Shown: in pieces, positions 8,035 through 15,201 of the stretch
Layout: each line of letters starts with the position of its first letter
Numbering within the stretch: the first letter of the stretch is position 1
Source of the DNA: a virus
Taxonomy: Duplodnaviria; Caudoviricetes
DNA: 34,201 nt
Direction: 5' to 3' (one strand)
IMG/VR virus record: IMGVR_UViG_3300030376_001717
Location: 1 to 34,201 of that record
The notes under the pieces: model-generated
What the model saw: the letters and a program-made list of their open reading frames with translations, nothing else
Told to the model about the DNA's origin: nothing
Database searches by the model: none
Program-made: the position numbers and the translations under genes

Positions 8035-8698
8035 TTAAATCTTTCTTTTTACGTATCACATTCTGATAACCAAAATGGGTTTTCTTTCTTACATTATCTA
8101 CTATGTTTCTTGGTATATCCACCAGCTTCACACCATTTCTATCTTGTTCTTTAAGAGCTAGACTACAATAATATGGATTGTCTTTATCTTCTATTGCTTT
8201 AATTAAGGTCTTGCGGGGGAGGGTACTTAGGACACTAACTATTTTAGATTGGTCTCCTCCTTTATCAGCAACTTCTTTTATTAAGTTAGTTATGTTAGAT
8301 AGATTAATGTTATGTTCTATTAATAGTGAGCCAGCAGACAACTCAGTCCGTTCACTCTGACCTATCCTATTGTCTATATGACCACTCTCTCTATAACCCA
8401 CGATATATCTAGGGTTTATTGTATAGAGAAGTGTACTCGGTAGCCTTTTTTTAGACACTATCTTAACACGTATTAGCCATACTGTGGCTCTGTATATAGT
8501 GCTATAAGATAGACCTGTCATACTAGATATAGTGGCTTTGCGTGGATAACATTGGAGTGTCTTATTATTGACAAACTTTAGTAAACAAATCAACACACAT
8601 AAACAATGTGCCTTATGCTTATTTGGAATGGTTCTAAACTGTGGATCGTCAAAGAGATCGAACCTAACTCTAATATGTGGATCATACTTTTGTTTCAT
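7976..8698 (-). CDS. Phage replication initiator-like protein with N-terminal winged HTH
   Basis: CYPRKATISSMTGLSYSTIYRA..WL...V.K...YT pattern (HTH_36-like), followed by a low-complexity linker. Confidence 0.65.
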   Translation of the reverse strand: MKQKYDPHIRVRFDLFDDPQFRTIPNKHKAHCLCVLICLLKFVNNKTLQCYPRKATISSMTGLSYSTIYRATVWLIRVKIVSKKRLPSTLLYTINPRYIVGYRESGHIDNRIGQSERTELSAGSLLIEHNINLSNITNLIKEVADKGGDQSKIVSVLSTLPRKTLIKAIEDKDNPYYCSLALKEQDRNGVKLVDIPRNIVDNVRKKTHFGYQNVIRKKKDLNDRKNKSKDLLRSHSKDKW

Positions 8699-9065
8699 AT
8701 TTACAATGTTGTTTGTGTTCGTGCTGCAATTGATATAATTCTCTTACCCATTCATCCTCATTCATTAATTCAAACTCTGCATTAGAGAGCCATAGACGTT
8801 TGATCCTAAAGGCTAGGCTACCCTGACCCACTTTCTTATAGAATACCAAAAAACTAGGTATCTGAAGCCGACTAGCAAGGGTTTTTAAGAGGGTGGTACT
8901 CTTATATTTCTGTCCTTTATCATAACACGTTTCAATCATAGCCAAAGGTTCGTAGCATTGGGGACAACACTCGACACTATCCACATCTATCATAGCAATC
9001 CCCTCGTACTGCCTATGCCAATCGTTGTAGCTGCCATTAGAAAATGCGTAAGTCCAACGTGCCAT
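8682..9065 (-). CDS. PD-(D/E)xK-fold nuclease-like protein
   Basis: WHR...MIDVD.VE.C..C.EPLAMIET...L..LA...IP..LV.Y; the ExK lysine position is Cys. Confidence 0.5.
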   Translation of the reverse strand: MARWTYAFSNGSYNDWHRQYEGIAMIDVDSVECCPQCYEPLAMIETCYDKGQKYKSTTLLKTLASRLQIPSFLVFYKKVGQGSLAFRIKRLWLSNAEFELMNEDEWVRELYQLQHEHKQHCKYETKV

Positions 9066-10102
9066 TAATCTTGTTCTGCTTTCATAATAGCTAAACCTAA
9101 CTCTCTTGCAATAAGAGGTACAATAGAATTACCTAAAGATTTTATTCTGTTCTTTCTATCTTTGTCCAATTCATAGGATATGCCATCAGGTGTTCGACAA
9201 AGTTTGGATTGAGCTTCCCACCAGGTTTGTTGTTCTTCAATACTTCTCTCGGTAATGACTTGTCCCTGCTTGGTTTCCATGTCGGTTGATACCCCATGTC
9301 TTTGTGATCCCTTGCTGTTGGTGTTGGAAGTGTTTTTTGTTTCTCCAAATATAACATCGCATCCGATAGCTTTGCTCCGAATGTCATGTTGGGTTTGTTT
9401 TTCTTTCTCAAAACAAAACCTCCACTCTTCGTTTGCTCTACTCTCTTGCTCTGTTCCCCTCCCTCTTCGCAACCTACTGTTGGAGTTGGGTACATCATTT
9501 GTATTTGTTCTAATAAATTTCCAGGAGGTACTGTCTTTCTCCCTATGCTCTCTCTGTATTTCTTTCTCTTCTCCATTGCTGCCGGTGATCTTAATCCTAT
9601 CTCTGTTGCTGTTGGAGTGTGCAATAATCCAGACCCTTTTCCTTTGATGCCACGCACCGATGCCTGAAGCTGGAATAACAACACATTGGACTTCGAAACC
9701 CTCTGCTTCCAAATCTTTTTGTATCTGCTGCAAGACCTTACCTTCGGAGATGTTAATAATGCCTTCAACATTTTCCCCAATGAACCATCTAGGTTTACAC
9801 TCTCTGATGACTCTAATAGTTTCATCCCAGAGATAGCGGTCATCTTCCGTTCCTCTTCTCTTTCCTGCAACACTAAAGGGTTGGCATGGAAACCCTCCTG
9901 TGATGATGTCTGCTTTATATCTGTCTCCTTTGACATTTCTTACCTCGCTTTCTATTGGTATGTTATTAAAATTTTTCTTTAAAACTTTTTGACAAAACTC
10001 ATCTTTCTCTACAAATCCTATCGTCTCAAAATATCCTGTGCTTTCTAGTCCTAAACTAAACCCACCGATACCACTAAATAAATCTAATAGTTTTAACTTC
10101 AT
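9065..10102 (-). CDS. C5-cytosine DNA methyltransferase, alpha-like chain (motifs I-VIII and X, no IX)
   Basis: Motif I LDLFSGIGGF, IV GGFPCQPFS, VI ENV, VIII HQRKRVWIIA, X IKSLGNSIVP. Confidence 0.93.
   Translation of the reverse strand: MKLKLLDLFSGIGGFSLGLESTGYFETIGFVEKDEFCQKVLKKNFNNIPIESEVRNVKGDRYKADIITGGFPCQPFSVAGKRRGTEDDRYLWDETIRVIRECKPRWFIGENVEGIINISEGKVLQQIQKDLEAEGFEVQCVVIPASGIGAWHQRKRVWIIAHSNSNRDRIKITGSNGEEKEIQREHREKDSTSWKFIRTNTNDVPNSNSRLRRGRGTEQESRANEEWRFCFEKEKQTQHDIRSKAIGCDVIFGETKNTSNTNSKGSQRHGVSTDMETKQGQVITERSIEEQQTWWEAQSKLCRTPDGISYELDKDRKNRIKSLGNSIVPLIARELGLAIMKAEQD
9142..9936 (-). CDS. Nested alternative-frame methyltransferase beta-like chain (TRD-like repeats and motif IX)
   Basis: 264 aa open +1 frame entirely inside the MTase gene. 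Has GAGGT 5 nt before its ATG, three (P)TPT repeats and C-terminal GKLNPNFVEHLMAYPMNWT. Confidence 0.72.
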   Translation of the reverse strand: MSKETDIKQTSSQEGFHANPLVLQEREEERKMTAISGMKLLESSESVNLDGSLGKMLKALLTSPKVRSCSRYKKIWKQRVSKSNVLLFQLQASVRGIKGKGSGLLHTPTATEIGLRSPAAMEKRKKYRESIGRKTVPPGNLLEQIQMMYPTPTVGCEEGGEQSKRVEQTKSGGFVLRKKNKPNMTFGAKLSDAMLYLEKQKTLPTPTARDHKDMGYQPTWKPSRDKSLPREVLKNNKPGGKLNPNFVEHLMAYPMNWTKIERTE

Positions 10103-10296
10103 CTAAATACTGTCCTCCAAAACCAAGATCTCATCATAGATATAACTGTAAAGATAACTGCAATATGAAAGCTCTCTAGTATCGTAGGATGTAGATCAAA
10201 GAAAGGAAAGATATACAGCTGAATAAATGTAGATAATATTAAACCGCTGCCTACATCAATAACTGTTTCAAATAGATTTCTTTTATTTGTTTTCAT
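10099..10296 (-). CDS. Small two-TM membrane protein (DUF7220-like)
   Basis: LFETVIDVGSGLILS...IFPFF...IFTVISMMRSWFWR..F; start placed at MKTNK. Confidence 0.6.
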   Translation of the reverse strand: MKTNKRNLFETVIDVGSGLILSTFIQLYIFPFFDLHPTILESFHIAVIFTVISMMRSWFWRTVFR

Positions 10297-10582
10297 TCTT
10301 TGGATTATAAAGTTTATAAGCAAGTGTTAGCTCTTCATCTTTCATAATATCTTTAATTGTTTTCAAGTACCATTTGTTATTAACTTCTACTCTTACACAG
10401 TTAGGATCTTCCGAGTGATTAATAAATGCACCAAGTGGTAATCTGTATAGTGTATCATCAACTTGTATGTGTGATATACCTAGCTCAGTATCTTTTCTTA
10501 TTTCTCTTGTCGCAAATAGACCTAGACCATGAATGAAACTAGGTTTAATCGTGCAGAAAATAGGTAGAGGTTGGTAAGCCAT
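10283..10582 (-). CDS. Minimal SET-domain protein (putative protein lysine methyltransferase)
   Basis: SET motifs IHGLGLFATREI, FINHSEDPNC and DI..DEELTLAY. Confidence 0.88.
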   Translation of the reverse strand: MAYQPLPIFCTIKPSFIHGLGLFATREIRKDTELGISHIQVDDTLYRLPLGAFINHSEDPNCVRVEVNNKWYLKTIKDIMKDEELTLAYKLYNPKNENK

Positions 10583-10719
10583 TAGTCGTAATAGCTTTCC
10601 TCTAACTTAACCTTATCAATGTTATATCTTTTAATTAATTTGAGAGCAAGATCGTGCTTACCTCTATCTCTACATATCTTAATTAAGAATAATACCCTTA
10701 TCATTTTATTTCTTTTCAT
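10582..10719 (-). CDS. 45-aa basic hypothetical protein (not in ORF track)
   Basis: MKRNKMIRVLFLIKICRDRGKHDLALKLIKRYNIDKVKLEESYYD; ATGA and TAATG coupling on either side. Confidence 0.65.
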   Translation of the reverse strand: MKRNKMIRVLFLIKICRDRGKHDLALKLIKRYNIDKVKLEESYYD

Positions 10720-10976
10720 TTCAAAACCTCTATTTTTTTAATACATCCCACAGGAAAGCAAGTGACACCACCCACAGATAAACCATCTTCATCTTCTGAG
10801 TAAGAAGTAAAAAGCCATAGTTTGGTTTTAGTTTTTTTATAGATGTAGCCGACATCGGTACAGGTTGCTACATCGTGATCTAATATTTCTGACTGATGAG
10901 TCCATGCTTCATCGCTAGAGCAAATATCAAACCAAGTAATTTTAACTCTTTTATATTTAGAGATCATAGAAGTCAT
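10716..10976 (-). CDS. Conserved phage hypothetical protein
   Basis: V.ITW.D...W...CT.VGY...FP.GCIKKI pattern; start may be 10967. Confidence 0.7.
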   Translation of the reverse strand: MTSMISKYKRVKITWFDICSSDEAWTHQSEILDHDVATCTDVGYIYKKTKTKLWLFTSYSEDEDGLSVGGVTCFPVGCIKKIEVLK

Positions 10977-11157
10977 TAGGTTGTACTTTTTTATTTGTTG
11001 CTTTATAAATCTTAATCATCTCTTTAGGTCTAGGTATTCTTTGACCATTACAATATCTCCATACGTTAGTCGCAGGATTAATATTCATAATGCCAAATCT
11101 TCTTGCAGCTTCACTACAACTCAAGCCTTCTTCTTTTATCCATTCTTTTAATTTCAT
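10957..11157 (-). CDS. Cro-like HTH transcriptional regulator
   Basis: MKLKEW....LS.SEAARRFG...VWRY.NG.RIPR...I..AT...V.PNDF; AAGGA RBS supports the 11157 start. Confidence 0.8.
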   Translation of the reverse strand: MKLKEWIKEEGLSCSEAARRFGIMNINPATNVWRYCNGQRIPRPKEMIKIYKATNKKVQPNDFYDL

Positions 11158-11191
11158 GTTGTTTCCTTTCGCCATAACCAATAAGGTATTC

Positions 11192-11236
11192 TTATCCACA
11201 AATCAACTATAAAATAACTATAGACAATGTGGAAAA
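11192..11236. promoter_or_regulatory. Two inverted DnaA-box consensus sites in the divergent control region
   Basis: TTATCCACA at 11192-11200 (+) and TGTGGAAAA at 11228-11236 (TTTTCCACA on -); both fit TT(A/T)TNCACA. Confidence 0.55.
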
Positions 11237-11262
11237 GATATGACATAAGACTCTTGAAAACA

Positions 11263-11424
11263 ATGACAAACAATAAAAATATTTTAAAAGCAATTAAGCC
11301 AACAAAATTATTTTATGCTCAAATGGGTAAGTACCCTGATCTATGGATCATAAGAGCTGTACATAATATCTCACATAAAGAAGCTAAAGAAGTTATTAAA
11401 TTATCCAAACAAAACAATGAGTGA
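11263..11424 (+). CDS. Hypothetical protein
   Basis: Track ORF shortened to the ATG at 11263; overlaps the exonuclease start by 8 bp. Confidence 0.5.
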   Translation: MTNNKNILKAIKPTKLFYAQMGKYPDLWIIRAVHNISHKEAKEVIKLSKQNNE

Positions 11425-12325
11425 TAAAAAATATTTCGATACATTGAATAATGGTAAAGGTTTAGATCATTGGTCGCCTTCTAGCTCTAGTATACCACTA
11501 GCTAAATTTAATCTTAACTATGGTCATCACGATGGAGAGGAAAGAAGTATGTTTCCTATGCAATACAAACCTAGATTTGGAAACCTAGTTAATAACACAG
11601 CTCAAAGAATGGAATGTGAAACTTTATTTTATAAAGATAAAACCATAACATTAACTAACAGGAACTATGACGAGGTGTTTGGCAAGGAGTTAGATGATAT
11701 TAATAAGTATGATCCTGTTGATCAGAAAGATGCTTACGCAAGAGAACACATGATTGAGTATGCACATAGAACGATTGATCAAACAAGAAAGGTGGTCAAG
11801 GAACTTTGTGGCAAAAATAAGATTACCTCTGAACGCTATGTCATGAACAAACCTAAGAAATTATTACACGACATCATAGGTCGTATTGATTATGAGACAG
11901 ATAATTTATTTATAGAACTTAAAACTAAGCCACCTAGTATCGTAAAGAAAAAAGGTAAAGACGAATACTATTTTAAAACACAAACACTTAACGATGATGC
12001 TGTCTTTGATGACTATTGGAAACAAGTGGCTTTCTATTGGAAGTGTACAGGTAAGAAACCTTTTTTAGTTTTAGTTAATGATAAAGAATATTTAATCTAC
12101 GATGACACTCACGCAGCATTGTATGATGACCATTTAGAATACCAATACAATCTAATGGTAAACAGAATTTATAACTGGGAACAAATGATTATTTATTGTA
12201 AGGGGGATTTGCAAAAGTTAGCAGACATTTCAGAACCTCCTGATCTTAATCATTACTACCATTATAAATACCTAACAGACAAACAACGTAAAATAATAAA
12301 ACAACTATGGAGAATAGAAGCATAA
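11417..12325 (+). CDS. PD-(D/E)xK exonuclease (Cas4/RecB-like)
   Basis: H.SPSS N-terminus, IIGRIDY...IELKT and QVAFY motifs. Confidence 0.85.
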   Translation: MSDKKYFDTLNNGKGLDHWSPSSSSIPLAKFNLNYGHHDGEERSMFPMQYKPRFGNLVNNTAQRMECETLFYKDKTITLTNRNYDEVFGKELDDINKYDPVDQKDAYAREHMIEYAHRTIDQTRKVVKELCGKNKITSERYVMNKPKKLLHDIIGRIDYETDNLFIELKTKPPSIVKKKGKDEYYFKTQTLNDDAVFDDYWKQVAFYWKCTGKKPFLVLVNDKEYLIYDDTHAALYDDHLEYQYNLMVNRIYNWEQMIIYCKGDLQKLADISEPPDLNHYYHYKYLTDKQRKIIKQLWRIEA

Positions 12326-12693
12326 TGCAATACGTAAAAAAACAACATGAGTATCAAGAAGATGCTAAAAAGTTAGAAGAAAAGAATAAATATCTTTTAC
12401 AAGCAATAGAATGTTTATTAACTAAAGGAACTTGTGAGTTTTTAAAACAAACAAGAGCTATGATAGAAAAAAATAAACAAGATATTGTTAAGTCAAAAGA
12501 AATGGTGGCTCAATTAAATAGACAAAGTGTAGAAAAAAAATCTATGAAAAGATTGAGAACTGTAGGTTGCTCAACAGCTATTATTAGCAATACAAGAGCT
12601 AATCAATATCAAGAACCTATAAATAAACTAGCATATAAAGTGGTAGATAAAGTTAAATTTTTAAGAAGAAAGGGTTTCGCAAATGAAAGATAA
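12325..12693 (+). CDS. Hypothetical coiled-coil protein
   Basis: TAATG coupling to the exonuclease favours a 12325 start. Confidence 0.6.
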   Translation: MQYVKKQHEYQEDAKKLEEKNKYLLQAIECLLTKGTCEFLKQTRAMIEKNKQDIVKSKEMVAQLNRQSVEKKSMKRLRTVGCSTAIISNTRANQYQEPINKLAYKVVDKVKFLRRKGFANER

Positions 12694-13354
12694 CATGAAA
12701 ATATGGGATCAATTACAACATACTGATCCTAATGCTACAAAAACAGCACCGAGTAAATGGGGTAAAAAAATTACTACCATTGATCCAATGAGCCAAATAC
12801 AATCTATGACAAGTATGTTTGGTCCTGTCGGTAAGGGTTGGAAGTATGAAGTTGAATACAAGTATATTGATGGTTTAGTTTTTGCAGAAGTAAAAATTAA
12901 ATGGTTTGATAAACAATGGAATGAGTATGGTCCTGTGTGTTCAGTACAAAATTTAACAAACACTAGAGGAGGGTTAGATGATGAAGCTCCAAAGAAAGCT
13001 ATGACAGATGCAATGACAAAAGCATTTAGTCATCTAGGTTTAAATGCTGATGTGTTTCTTGGTAAGTTTGACAACATTAAATATGTTGAAGAAATGAAAC
13101 ATAAATTTAGTAAAGAAATTCCACAACAAAAGAGTGGTACGAAACATGGTAGCCAAGCTACTCATGTAAACAAAGATGTGCAACACATCAAGTCTGATAT
13201 TCTAGGATGTAAAAACATTTATGAATACAGAAGGGTCAAAAAAGAAGTTGATCCTTATCTTGAAACTGCACTTAAAAACAAAAGTCCCAAATTGTACGCA
13301 GAGATAAGTGATCTGTTAGAGACAAGAGGGGATGAACTAAATAGGAGAACATAA
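12683..13354 (+). CDS. Rad52/Rad22 (Sak)-like ssDNA annealing protein
   Basis: IDP..QI..MT..FGP.GKGW and DDEAPKKAMTDAMTKAFS.LG..ADVF motifs; near the exonuclease. Confidence 0.72.
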   Translation: MKDNMKIWDQLQHTDPNATKTAPSKWGKKITTIDPMSQIQSMTSMFGPVGKGWKYEVEYKYIDGLVFAEVKIKWFDKQWNEYGPVCSVQNLTNTRGGLDDEAPKKAMTDAMTKAFSHLGLNADVFLGKFDNIKYVEEMKHKFSKEIPQQKSGTKHGSQATHVNKDVQHIKSDILGCKNIYEYRRVKKEVDPYLETALKNKSPKLYAEISDLLETRGDELNRRT

Positions 13355-13719
13355 TGAGTAATATATACATAAAACTTGTTGCGAACCATCCTGTATTAAA
13401 GCAAACCATTATGGATGTAATGAAGATGAAAAGAGAACAAGGAGATAATACTCCTCTTTTCGTTGCACCCAAGAATGAAGAAAGACCTGACAAAAACTGG
13501 ACTATTGGTGTTAATATCCCTCAAGAAGCCAATGGTTGGTATAGTCAAGCTGCTTTCGGTGCTGAAACAGATGATGGACAAGCCACAGGTGGTGTAAATG
13601 TTTCATTAAAACCTAACGATGCAAGTAAATCATCAGCAGGTGGCGGTGGACAACCAGCAATGGGTGGGTATAAAAAACCCTACCAAAAAACTGGAACTTA
13701 TGGTAATTACAGAAGATAG
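13354..13719 (+). CDS. Putative ssDNA-binding protein
   Basis: Follows the annealase; beta-rich core (K.E.RPD..W.IGV..P) with a Gly-rich flexible tail; inferred mainly from synteny. Confidence 0.4.
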   Translation: MSNIYIKLVANHPVLKQTIMDVMKMKREQGDNTPLFVAPKNEERPDKNWTIGVNIPQEANGWYSQAAFGAETDDGQATGGVNVSLKPNDASKSSAGGGGQPAMGGYKKPYQKTGTYGNYRR

Positions 13720-13732
13720 AGCTTAGGCTCTA

Positions 13733-13797
13733 AGTTTGTGGCGGAGTTTTAGTCATTACCCTTGACTTTCTTACGTTGTTTTCCTTCGCCACAGACT
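13733..13797 (+). other. Structured intergenic RNA element (14-bp stem with inner hairpin)
   Basis: AGTTTGTGGCGGAG (13733-13746) pairs with CTTCGCCACAGACT (13784-13797) with two G-U wobbles; inner AGTCA/TGACT hairpin; no U-tract. Confidence 0.55.
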
Positions 13798-13806
13798 CCA
13801 AACAAT

Positions 13807-14025
13807 ATGAATAAAAATAAATTACAGAAACAAGTTGGTGGTTCACACTACAAAGATAATTTTAAAATCCAACCCATTGAATATATACAAGCTAATCGTA
13901 TGCAATTTGCTGAAGGATGTGTTGTGAAGTATGTGTCGAGACACTCCTTTAAAAATGGTAAAGAGGATATATTAAAAGCCATGCAAAATCTAGAATTTAT
14001 ATTAGAAAGAGATTACAATGATTGA
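13807..14025 (+). CDS. DUF3310 (T7 gp1.7-like nucleotide kinase / SaV-like) protein
   Basis: QVGGSHY...IQPIEYI...F.EG.VVKYVSR...KNG.EDI.KA. Confidence 0.85.
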   Translation: MNKNKLQKQVGGSHYKDNFKIQPIEYIQANRMQFAEGCVVKYVSRHSFKNGKEDILKAMQNLEFILERDYND

Positions 14026-14272
14026 CAAATCCACCAAAAAGGTTATAAGAACAAAGTACGGAGACGCAAACTTTAAATATGTAGAAAGTTTCGATTCCGT
14101 TAAGAAAGCTGCCGACCCCTCAAATGAGGGAGAGTTAGTAGAAGTCGTGGTCAATGAGATTAAATGGGACCACACAATAGTGAAGGAGAAAACTGATGGA
14201 CAACAACCAAGATCTAACAAAGATCAAGGAAAGTCTGCAGAAAGCCAGAGACCTACAGAGAAAGAAAAGTGA
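14018..14272 (+). CDS. Hypothetical protein
   Basis: 84 aa ORF overlapping the end of DUF3310. Confidence 0.6.
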   Translation: MIDKSTKKVIRTKYGDANFKYVESFDSVKKAADPSNEGELVEVVVNEIKWDHTIVKEKTDGQQPRSNKDQGKSAESQRPTEKEK

Positions 14273-14375
14273 ACTGTATGTCAAGACGTTGCAAAAGGCT
14301 AACAAATTAAAAGCTGAAAGTTACAGCTTACATTTGAGAGTTGCAGATTATGAAGATAAGTTAATGAGAGCTTAG
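14196..14375 (+). CDS. 59-aa coiled-coil hypothetical protein (not in ORF track)
   Basis: AAGGAG RBS; MDNNQDLTKIKESLQKARDLQRKKSELY...KLMRA. Confidence 0.65.
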   Translation: MDNNQDLTKIKESLQKARDLQRKKSELYVKTLQKANKLKAESYSLHLRVADYEDKLMRA

Positions 14376-14432
14376 TCTTTTATTAACAAAGTTAAAACAA
14401 CAACAAAAGTTGGCAACAACTGAAAGGGTACT

Positions 14433-14966
14433 ATGCACTTAGAAATAATCAATAAGAAAAAGAAACAAATTAAACTTGGTATGAAAGCTATCATGTTTAG
14501 AGAACTATCACCAAGAGAACTACAAATATATAGAACAGGATTTAAGAATGGTTACAGGTTAGCTGAAACGCATTTAGTTTATAAGAGTCAAGCATTAGCT
14601 GACAGAATAAAGATGAAAGAGGATCGGGAAAGAATAAAAAAGCAAGTCGAGTATCATCATCCTGTTGGCTACGATACATTTAATAAAATTTTATATACTG
14701 TCGGCAAGCATTATAATATTAGCACAAAAGAAATTATGAGTAGAAGAAGGTTAGCTTACATGGTCAAGCCAAGAGCTGTTATTATTAATTATATTTTAGA
14801 ACATTTCCAAATTTCTACACCCAAGTTAGGAAACTTTTTTAACTACGATCATTCAACGATTATTCATTACAGACGACAAAAAGTAAAACAATCAGGTATG
14901 TGGAAACCTTTAGAATTTATTTGGAAAGACTACGAAATAATAAAAAAAGAATTAGCTAAGTCCTAG
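14433..14966 (+). CDS. Protein with a DnaA C-terminal (domain IV) HTH DNA-binding domain
   Basis: I...VGKHYNIS..EI.SRRR....VKPR....Y......S...LG..F..DHSTIIH matches the Bac_DnaA_C signature; no AAA+ domain. Confidence 0.8.
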   Translation: MHLEIINKKKKQIKLGMKAIMFRELSPRELQIYRTGFKNGYRLAETHLVYKSQALADRIKMKEDRERIKKQVEYHHPVGYDTFNKILYTVGKHYNISTKEIMSRRRLAYMVKPRAVIINYILEHFQISTPKLGNFFNYDHSTIIHYRRQKVKQSGMWKPLEFIWKDYEIIKKELAKS

Positions 14967-15201
14967 CGTAGTTAGGTTTTTTATCTTGTCTTGTTTTTCG
15001 TTCAGCTTTTTGTTTTCTTGATACCGCAGCACGTCTTTGACTAGCTGACATTGATCTAGCTTTTGCAGCAGGTACACATTTAGGATAGTTTTTTCTTTTT
15101 TCACCACCGCTACGACCACACTTGGGAAAGCCACCACTTTTTTTTGGATTAGCAATGTCTACCCAATTCGCTTGTACCCATGATCGTAAACCTTTGGACA
15201 T
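14956..15201 (-). CDS. Small basic protein (DUF5872-like, second half)
   Basis: GLRSW...WVDI...CGR...YPKCVP; last gene of the late operon. Confidence 0.6.
   Translation of the reverse strand: MSKGLRSWVQANWVDIANPKKSGGFPKCGRSGGEKRKNYPKCVPAAKARSMSASQRRAAVSRKQKAERKTRQDKKPNYART

Noticed and set aside
9255-9982. Plus-strand ORFs antisense to the MTase
   Set aside because: No motifs or RBS seen; likely a by-product of stop-codon depletion in a dual-coding region.
8682-10102. Firm call of a type II restriction-modification system
   Set aside because: The nuclease motif is atypical and its specificity unknown; kept only as a hypothesis.
9065-10102. MTase as a frameshifted pseudogene
   Set aside because: Both frames are uninterrupted, catalytic motifs are intact, and the nested frame has its own RBS.
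14952-15155. Alternative-frame ORF overlapping 14956-15201
   Set aside because: The other frame has the recognisable motifs and TAATG coupling.
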